64,000 bases of DNA from positions 64,001-128,000 of IMG/VR virus record IMGVR_UViG_3300021399_000103. One strand, 5' to 3'. Under the pieces are notes generated by a model, which saw only the letters and a list, made by a program, of their open reading frames with translations, ran no database searches and was not told the origin of the DNA. Of this stretch, positions 57,281-64,000 are shown piece after piece. The position numbers were made by a program, and so were the translations under genes. Source of the stretch: a virus. Taxonomy: Duplodnaviria; Caudoviricetes. Within the stretch, counting starts at the first letter, position 1. Every line of letters begins with the position of its first letter.

Positions 57281-59236
57281 TTAAAGCAAGAATTTCTGAA
57301 TAAATTCTTCCTCAGTAATAATCGGCACGCCCAATCTTTTCGCAGTAAGATTTTTGGATGAGGTGCTTGTGTTATCGTTATTGATTAGATAACTTGTTTT
57401 TGCAGAAACAGCACTTGAAACTCTACCACCCCTGGATTCAATTTCAGACTGAAGTGCCGCTCTGTTTTTATACTGTTTTAATGAACCAGTGATTACGACT
57501 ACAATATCTTTTAAATTATCTAAATTATCTTCTTTTGCGGACGCAGGCCACTTTTCTAATGCCGCACCAGCCAAAATAGCTTCACCATAATCAAAGTTTA
57601 GGATTGAGCCTACTCGTTCTGGGCCAAAACCATCAATAGCATAAAAATCAAAGTCAGACCCCTCTTCAGTTGCATGTACAAAAGATGGAAAATCTTTGAA
57701 ATGTTTAGCCAATTCTTTTGCCTGACTCAAACCAATTAATGGTATTCCAATGGCAGAAATATATCTTTCTAATGGAATATCTGAAGTTCTGATATTTTCA
57801 ATCGCTTCAAGAATATTGTCTACAGATTTAATCCCAAAACCAGGTTTTGAAACCCACTCATCTCTATGATATTTTAACTCAAAAATATCGTGAAATTCTT
57901 TTACCCAATCCCAATCAATTAATTTTTCAAGAGTTGCTTTAGAAAGACCTTTAATATCTAAGCCTTTCTTGCCGCAAAAATGATCTAAACGATTAATTAA
58001 TTTACCAGAACAATTTGGATTTTCACAAACTAAAGTAATAGAATCAGTTCCATGCTCGTATAATGGTTCTCCGCAAATAGGACAAACCCAAGGCTGGCTA
58101 ATGTATGATTTTGTATACTCATCATCTTCTTCCGCTGATAAAATTTGCGGAATTATCATATTCGCCTTAAAAATTTTAATTTTTTGACCAACCCAGCTAT
58201 TACCGTGTAAAACACTATGCATTATACTTAAATTATGTAGTGAAGCACGTTCAATTATAGATCCATCTAATTCAACAGGTTCAAATACCGCAACAGGAGT
58301 TAAAACTCCAGTTCTACCCATAGTCCATTGAATATCTTGTAGTTTTGTTTCAACAGTTTCTACTTCTGGTTTCCAAGCAATTCCATTTCTAAAATGGTGG
58401 GATGTTTGTCCTAAAGAATTTCCATATTCAGTATCATTAAATTTCCATACAACACCATCGCAAGGATATTCATCTTTAAAAGACATAATTATACTATTTG
58501 TTGATTTAATTTCATCAACTGGTATATCAGTAATAAAATAAACTGTTTCAAACCCATAAGACTGAACTTCAATTAATTTTTCACTTAACAGCTTATAGTC
58601 ACTACCAACAATAACATCCCAAGCAATAAAAGACAATTTTCTTTCTTCTACTAACTGAGTGTCAAGAACATTTAATGCTCCTGCTGCCGCATTTCTTGGA
58701 TTTTTAAACTCATTATTTTTATTGATTTCTTCAAAATCAGAAACTTTAATTATAGCCTCTCCATCAATAATGAATTCATTTTTATATGGAATTTCTAATG
58801 GAACGTTTTGGAATTGCTTAATATGCTCAGTAATATCAGTGCCTTCAACTCCATTACCGCGGGTGTTTGCGGAAATCAATTTACCATTATTATATTTGAT
58901 GCGGACTGATAAACCATCAAGCTTTATCATAGCAATCATTTCTTGACCATTCGCAAAATCCGCAACCTCCTCGTCGGAGTGGCACTTATCTAAACTAAGC
59001 ATTGGTTTTGGCGTAATAGGAATTTTTTTAAGGAAGGGTAAAGTTGCAGTTCCTACTTGTTGCGTTGGACTATTGGATAAAATTATATTATTTTTATTCT
59101 CAAATGCGGAAAGCTCCTCTAATTTTAAATCATATTCTTGATCACTCATTATAGGACTATCAGAATTATAATACGCATCAGAAGCTTTGTTTAATTGATT
59201 TATTAAATCTGAGTATTCTTGAATATTACGCAACAT
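57281..59236 (-). CDS. ligA: NAD-dependent DNA ligase
   Basis: KLDGLS, TRGNG..G, NPRNAAAG, DGVV.K, GRTG..TPVA, Zn finger, C-terminal BRCT. Confidence 0.93.
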   Translation of the reverse strand: MLRNIQEYSDLINQLNKASDAYYNSDSPIMSDQEYDLKLEELSAFENKNNIILSNSPTQQVGTATLPFLKKIPITPKPMLSLDKCHSDEEVADFANGQEMIAMIKLDGLSVRIKYNNGKLISANTRGNGVEGTDITEHIKQFQNVPLEIPYKNEFIIDGEAIIKVSDFEEINKNNEFKNPRNAAAGALNVLDTQLVEERKLSFIAWDVIVGSDYKLLSEKLIEVQSYGFETVYFITDIPVDEIKSTNSIIMSFKDEYPCDGVVWKFNDTEYGNSLGQTSHHFRNGIAWKPEVETVETKLQDIQWTMGRTGVLTPVAVFEPVELDGSIIERASLHNLSIMHSVLHGNSWVGQKIKIFKANMIIPQILSAEEDDEYTKSYISQPWVCPICGEPLYEHGTDSITLVCENPNCSGKLINRLDHFCGKKGLDIKGLSKATLEKLIDWDWVKEFHDIFELKYHRDEWVSKPGFGIKSVDNILEAIENIRTSDIPLERYISAIGIPLIGLSQAKELAKHFKDFPSFVHATEEGSDFDFYAIDGFGPERVGSILNFDYGEAILAGAALEKWPASAKEDNLDNLKDIVVVITGSLKQYKNRAALQSEIESRGGRVSSAVSAKTSYLINNDNTSTSSKNLTAKRLGVPIITEEEFIQKFLL

Positions 59237-59287
59237 TTTTTCTATTCCTTTCTTACAACCAATTATATTATATCATAATTATTTTAT

Positions 59288-60430
59288 TTAATCAAATCAT
59301 TCTATTTTTGAACCATTAATTTGTGTTGATTTTCTTTTTTTCGCTTGATGAACAGCTTGTCTTGAAACCCCTAAATATCTACCAGCTTCTGAAAAAGAAT
59401 CAAACGGTATTTCATCTATAATACAGATAAATGGTACTTCTATTTCTTCTAATGGTTCATCTGTATAATACAAAAAGTATTTACTTTTATAACGAGTTTT
59501 TTCTCTTAAAGCCTTTTGGATTCCAGTGGTTTTGAATCCTTCTAATTGGATATCTTTTACTGTTTTATAAGTAGATTCCAATTCGCCGCCTGCGTTATAT
59601 ACAGCAATAAAACCTTTTGGATTTCCTATATACTCACCCCTTCGCTGAAGCGTTCTCAATGTAAATAACCGCTCATTTGGAGTGTAATAATACATAGGTG
59701 GTTTTTTATGTTCTATAGAATAGTTATTAAATACGTCATCATTTTGTTTATAAATTTTTATTTTTGTACATATTGGATATTCATTATTTGGTTTTGGATA
59801 TTCTAAAATATCAGAAGCAGGTGTTAAAGTTTTATCTAAACGTAATATATAAATAAATTGTTTAGTTCATGTTTTTCTAACATCTGAATATAAACTGCAT
59901 ATGCCTTCTGTAAATGGAATTGATTCAGGGCAATTATGCTTATATAAATACCATAAAGTTGTTAAGTGACGTTCTTGCCCATCCAATAGCCAAAATCCTT
60001 CAGAAATAAAATATCCTAAATATTCTCAATTTGTTGCTTGATAAATATATCCATAATTACCTTCTTTGCGGCCGGAGTAAGAAACTAGTAACCGCACATT
60101 TGGGCGGTATTTTTTTATTCATTTAATACCAAGAGAAATAGCTTGTGATTCTGAATTTTTCCCTTCTGAATCAGCCATACAAAATCTATTTAATTCAAGG
60201 TATTCTGATTTTTCTATTGGTTCTTTAACATATCTATCAAGTTTAATTTTTTCTTGAAAAGAACAACCTCATTGGAGTACTCCTACTAAAAGATTATCTT
60301 CTTTTCGGAATACTCCAAGATTAAGAATTGCTTTTTTAAATCCTACCCCAGAATAATGTCAAGCAGATGTAAATTGATATGCTTTTGACGAGTTTATCTG
60401 GTCTATAAAATATCTTTTATTTTCAATCAT
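59288..60430 (-). CDS. Mom-family (GNAT-like) adenine modification protein with a C-terminal DNA-binding-like extension (380 aa; 6 TGA=Trp)
   Basis: Manual translation: *HYSG, LELNRFCM, NSESQAIS, LVSYS...G..GYIYQATN*EYLG, EYPK. No TAA/TAG between ATG 60430 and TAA 59288-59290; contains track ORF 59297-59695. Confidence 0.75.
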
Positions 60431-60432
60431 AA

Positions 60433-62754
60433 TTATACCTTTGATACTGATTGTATCTTATCTTTTAATGTGATATTACCTGCGGCGGTGCGTCCTAAAA
60501 GCGGAATATCTTTCGCTGAAATACAGATTGATTTAGAACTACCAACTACCAATACCTGGTCTTCATCGCTTAATAAAGCGGCTGCCGCAACTTCATCATT
60601 AGATTTATAACAAATAATACCTTTACCACCACGTTTCTGTAAGACAAGATCATTTGGTGAAATTTTCTTACTGAAACCTGATGTTGAAAATATGCCAAGT
60701 GTATCATTACTATCTCTAACGACCAATGTAGCAATTACTTCATCATCATCATTGAGATTTATACCTTTTACGCCAGAAGTAGTTCTTGAAGTTGCTGAAA
60801 TCTCTGTTGAATTGAACTTAATACACATACCTTTCTTAGTAATAAGAATTATTGGTTCATCTTTAATTAAAGATACGCTGGCTAAGTTATCACCTTCTCT
60901 TAATGTGATTGCGGCGATACCTGTTTTCTTTTTTGTCTTTGTGTATTCTTCTAATGAAGTTTTCTTTACTAACCCATTTTTTGTTGTAAACAAGACATAT
61001 TTTGCGTCAGTATCTCTATAAATTGAATAGATTACTGTTGGATTTTCGTTTGGTTGCATTTGAATTAGATTTTTAACAGAAATGCCTTTTGTTGTATTTG
61101 TTCCCCCAGGAATTGAATCTACAATTAAACGATACATGTTACCTTTATCTGAAAATACCATAAGAGAATCAACTGTATTTGTACGAATCACCGCATTTAC
61201 AATATCATCAGTTGTTTTAACTCCCTTGCCACCTCTGCGTTGTGTGCGGAATGAAGTTGCTGGAACTCGTTTAATCAAACCAGAATCAGTCATAATAACA
61301 ACAACCTTCTCTGGTTCAACAAATTGAATTTCTTTATCCTCTTTTTTAATTTCAATTTGTGTTAATTCAGTTCTACGAGCATCTCCATATTTTTTAACAA
61401 GTGAAGCTAATACAATTTTAACTGTTTTATATTGTGCTTCTGTATTATTTAACCAATTTGTAATTTCTTCAATATTTGAAATTAACTGTTTTTCTTCATC
61501 CTGTATTTCAACTTTTTCCAAGTTGGCTAAGCTACTTAATCTCATTGCGAGAATTGCTTTTGCTTGTTCCTCTGAAAAGTTATATTTTTTGATTAACTCT
61601 TCTTTAGCACTTGCCGCAGAAGCTGATTTTCTAATTAATGCAACAATATTGTCAATATCTTCAAGAGCTTTTAATAAACCTTCAACAATATGTAGTCTTG
61701 CTTTAGCTTTATTTAAATCAAATTCTTTTTCTCTTTTCAAACAATTTAAAGCATTGTTTACATAAATTTCACAGCAATCTTTAAGATTTAACTCTGTTGG
61801 AGTTTTACCTACAAGCGCAACTTGATTATATGAGAAACTTGATTGAAGGTTTGTTTTAGCGAATAGCTGATTGGCTATATAATCAGAATTTCTATCACAC
61901 TCAACTACAATTCTAACACCTTTTTTATTAGTTTCATCTCTTACATCAGTAATTCCTTCGATTTCTTCAGCAACTTCACCAATTTCCGCAATTAAAGATT
62001 CTACGTTTGTTCCATAAGGAATTTCATAAAATATAAGATTATTTTTTTCTTTCTTATACTTCGCCCTAATTTTAACTGAACCATGACCTGTTTTCATAAT
62101 GGCTGGAATATCGTTTTTATTGATGATAATTCCACCTGTTGGAAAGTCCGGGCCAGGTAATGTTGGCTCTTTACCATCAATATAATCGTTAATTGCTTGC
62201 GCAACTTCAATTAAATTATGCGGCGCCCAAGAGCAAGCTAAAGCTACACCAATTCCACTATTTGGATTACAAAGAAGATTTGGAAAATAAGATGGAAGAA
62301 CTACTGGTTCTTTATCTAATTCATCATATGTAGGGACAAAATCAACATTATTCTTCTTTAATCCTTGTAACAATCCATCTTCTGAAATTTTTGCAAGTCT
62401 TGCTTCTGTATAACGTGCGGCCGCAGGGCCATCTCCGACGATATTACCATTACTTCCATGCCAGTCAATAAGAGGATAACGCATAATCCAATCCTGAGAA
62501 AGTCGAGCCATTGCGCCATAAATTGAACTGTCACCATGCGGGTGTAATTTACCCATTACATCGCCTACAATACGAGCAGCTTTAACGTGCGGCTTTGAAT
62601 ACGTGCGCCCCTCCATAAGACAAGAATATAAAATACGTTTTGCTACTGGTTTTAACCCATCTACGGCACTGGGGATGGCACGATCGGAATTAACGGCATA
62701 CGCATATTCAATAAAATTAGTATGTAATTCATTATAAATATCGTTATTTTGCAT
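60433..62754 (-). CDS. gyrA: Type IIA topoisomerase subunit A (gyrase A-like)
   Basis: DGLKPV, HPHGDSS, AAARYTEARL, GPDFPTGG, QRRGGKG GyrA-box-like motif. Confidence 0.92.
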   Translation of the reverse strand: MQNNDIYNELHTNFIEYAYAVNSDRAIPSAVDGLKPVAKRILYSCLMEGRTYSKPHVKAARIVGDVMGKLHPHGDSSIYGAMARLSQDWIMRYPLIDWHGSNGNIVGDGPAAARYTEARLAKISEDGLLQGLKKNNVDFVPTYDELDKEPVVLPSYFPNLLCNPNSGIGVALACSWAPHNLIEVAQAINDYIDGKEPTLPGPDFPTGGIIINKNDIPAIMKTGHGSVKIRAKYKKEKNNLIFYEIPYGTNVESLIAEIGEVAEEIEGITDVRDETNKKGVRIVVECDRNSDYIANQLFAKTNLQSSFSYNQVALVGKTPTELNLKDCCEIYVNNALNCLKREKEFDLNKAKARLHIVEGLLKALEDIDNIVALIRKSASAASAKEELIKKYNFSEEQAKAILAMRLSSLANLEKVEIQDEEKQLISNIEEITNWLNNTEAQYKTVKIVLASLVKKYGDARRTELTQIEIKKEDKEIQFVEPEKVVVIMTDSGLIKRVPATSFRTQRRGGKGVKTTDDIVNAVIRTNTVDSLMVFSDKGNMYRLIVDSIPGGTNTTKGISVKNLIQMQPNENPTVIYSIYRDTDAKYVLFTTKNGLVKKTSLEEYTKTKKKTGIAAITLREGDNLASVSLIKDEPIILITKKGMCIKFNSTEISATSRTTSGVKGINLNDDDEVIATLVVRDSNDTLGIFSTSGFSKKISPNDLVLQKRGGKGIICYKSNDEVAAAALLSDEDQVLVVGSSKSICISAKDIPLLGRTAAGNITLKDKIQSVSKV

Positions 62755-62992
62755 TAATTAACTCCTCTCCATTAATTATTAATAATTTAATTTGATTAGA
62801 ATAAAATTCTAAATAGGTATTGGGTTTATGATATTTTTCTAATAGTGAGATTCCTTTTTGAATATTGTTAATTCCAATATTGATATTACAAAAATCACAA
62901 TGAATATGCCAAGGCGTTCTACCCCATTCGTCTAAACAAATATAACATTCATTTCCACAATTTGGACAGACTATTATTTTTTTATTTTGCAT
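62744..62992 (-). CDS. Small Zn-ribbon protein
   Basis: CPNCG...CDFC. Confidence 0.55.
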   Translation of the reverse strand: MQNKKIIVCPNCGNECYICLDEWGRTPWHIHCDFCNINIGINNIQKGISLLEKYHKPNTYLEFYSNQIKLLIINGEELINAK

Positions 62993-63212
62993 TAACTACC
63001 TCTAGTTTATCCCAGGTTGTGACATAAACTCTATTGTTCCATAATACTCTAACATAATATCCATAAAAATTGTAAAATTCATTTACATATTCTACAATTT
63101 CATGAGCGGGAATATTTGGATATTTTAATGCTGCTTGAGTCATAAAATCTTCGTCATATATTTCTCTCAATGTTCTTAATTTTACATTATTCATGCCATA
63201 CTTCCTCATCAT
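62982..63212 (-). CDS. Hypothetical protein
   Basis: Operonic ORF; start uncertain. Confidence 0.5.
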   Translation of the reverse strand: MMRKYGMNNVKLRTLREIYDEDFMTQAALKYPNIPAHEIVEYVNEFYNFYGYYVRVLWNNRVYVTTWDKLEVVNAK

Positions 63213-63486
63213 TATATATTGAATCTTTAAATCTATAATTTTTCCAATGATATAATTTCATTAAAGCTATATATCTGCCAAATATATTTCTATTTGAATA
63301 ATAATTTTTTAAATTATCCCAACAGAATTTTATATAAGGATAATCACCCAGTTTTAATAATGGAATAAAAGTATCTGGATTATTTTCATCAATTACCTGT
63401 TTTACAATTTTCTTTGGTAAATAAAAATCTCCATCTCTATCTTTGTACCAAGTTTCATTATTCGGCGTTATATAATCCCGCTTCAT
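63187..63486 (-). CDS. Hypothetical protein (99 aa)
   Basis: AAGGAG RBS; overlaps the gyrB end. Confidence 0.5.
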   Translation of the reverse strand: MKRDYITPNNETWYKDRDGDFYLPKKIVKQVIDENNPDTFIPLLKLGDYPYIKFCWDNLKNYYSNRNIFGRYIALMKLYHWKNYRFKDSIYNDEEVWHE

Positions 63487-64000
63487 TGCTATGCTCCTTA
63501 ATATATTCTTTTCTTAAACTTGCACTTTGGCCCATTAAAGTTTCAAATAGCTGATCTGTGGCTGTAATATCTTCAATAGTGATTTGCTTAATAATTCTAT
63601 TATTAGGGTCAGTTAAAGTTTCTTCCGTCTCTTCGACCGACATTTCACCAAGTCCTTTAAGTCTATTAACTAGATATTTTACACCCTTATTCTGGTTTCT
63701 AAATTCATCCAGAGCCGCATCATCTTTTAAATATTTATAACCCTTATTTCCAGGTAAAGTAATTTTATAAAGCGGCGGCACTCCCGCATAGACATATCCA
63801 TCCTCAATTAACTGTGGACAGAAGTTCCAGATAAATGTGTAGAACAGGTTTTTGATATGCGCACCATCAACATCAGCATCAGATTCAATAATAATTTTGC
63901 CATATCTCAAATCTTCTGGACGATATGTAATTTTCATTGTCTTAAGATCAATAGTCAATCCAAAAGCATCAATCATTGACATAATTTCTGCATTCTTTTG
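63458..64000 (-). CDS. gyrB: Type IIA topoisomerase subunit B, C-terminal part (5'-truncated by the window)
   Basis: DADVDGAHI, PPLY, KGLGEM, LMG.....RKEYI. Confidence 0.9.
   Translation of the reverse strand, partial: QKNAEIMSMIDAFGLTIDLKTMKITYRPEDLRYGKIIIESDADVDGAHIKNLFYTFIWNFCPQLIEDGYVYAGVPPLYKITLPGNKGYKYLKDDAALDEFRNQNKGVKYLVNRLKGLGEMSVEETEETLTDPNNRIIKQITIEDITATDQLFETLMGQSASLRKEYIKEHSNEAGLYNAE

Overview
AT-rich segment of a large tailed (Caudoviricetes-type) phage, probably infecting a walled Bacillota host (consensus sigma-A promoters, AGGAGG RBSs, GH25/CHAP/Cpl-7 lysins). Bases 1-33466 (+) encode tail/baseplate/receptor-binding proteins, a five-gene accessory block and lysis genes. Bases 33507-64000 (-) encode nucleotide metabolism and replication (dUTPase, NrdDG, Gmk, DnaE, RecD-like helicase, RecJ, primase, DnaB, LigA, GyrA/B). 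The supplied ORF track is fragmented because TGA is used as Trp: the + strand fragments join in frame across TGA codons that sit at Trp-motif positions. Core replication genes contain no in-frame TGA, and no gene I checked relies on TGA alone as a stop. The main finding is a phage-encoded opal-decoding tRNA-Trp(UCA) at 32747-33014 whose anticodon is split by a 196-nt group I intron, so the tRNA able to read the TGA-rich late genes should only exist after splicing. Other TGA-containing genes missed or truncated by the ORF track include a Mom-like DNA modification enzyme, a RuvC resolvase, a membrane-anchored GIY-YIG nuclease, holins, and a possible TGA-containing leader peptide before an endolysin. 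All product calls come from motif recognition by eye; no searches were run.
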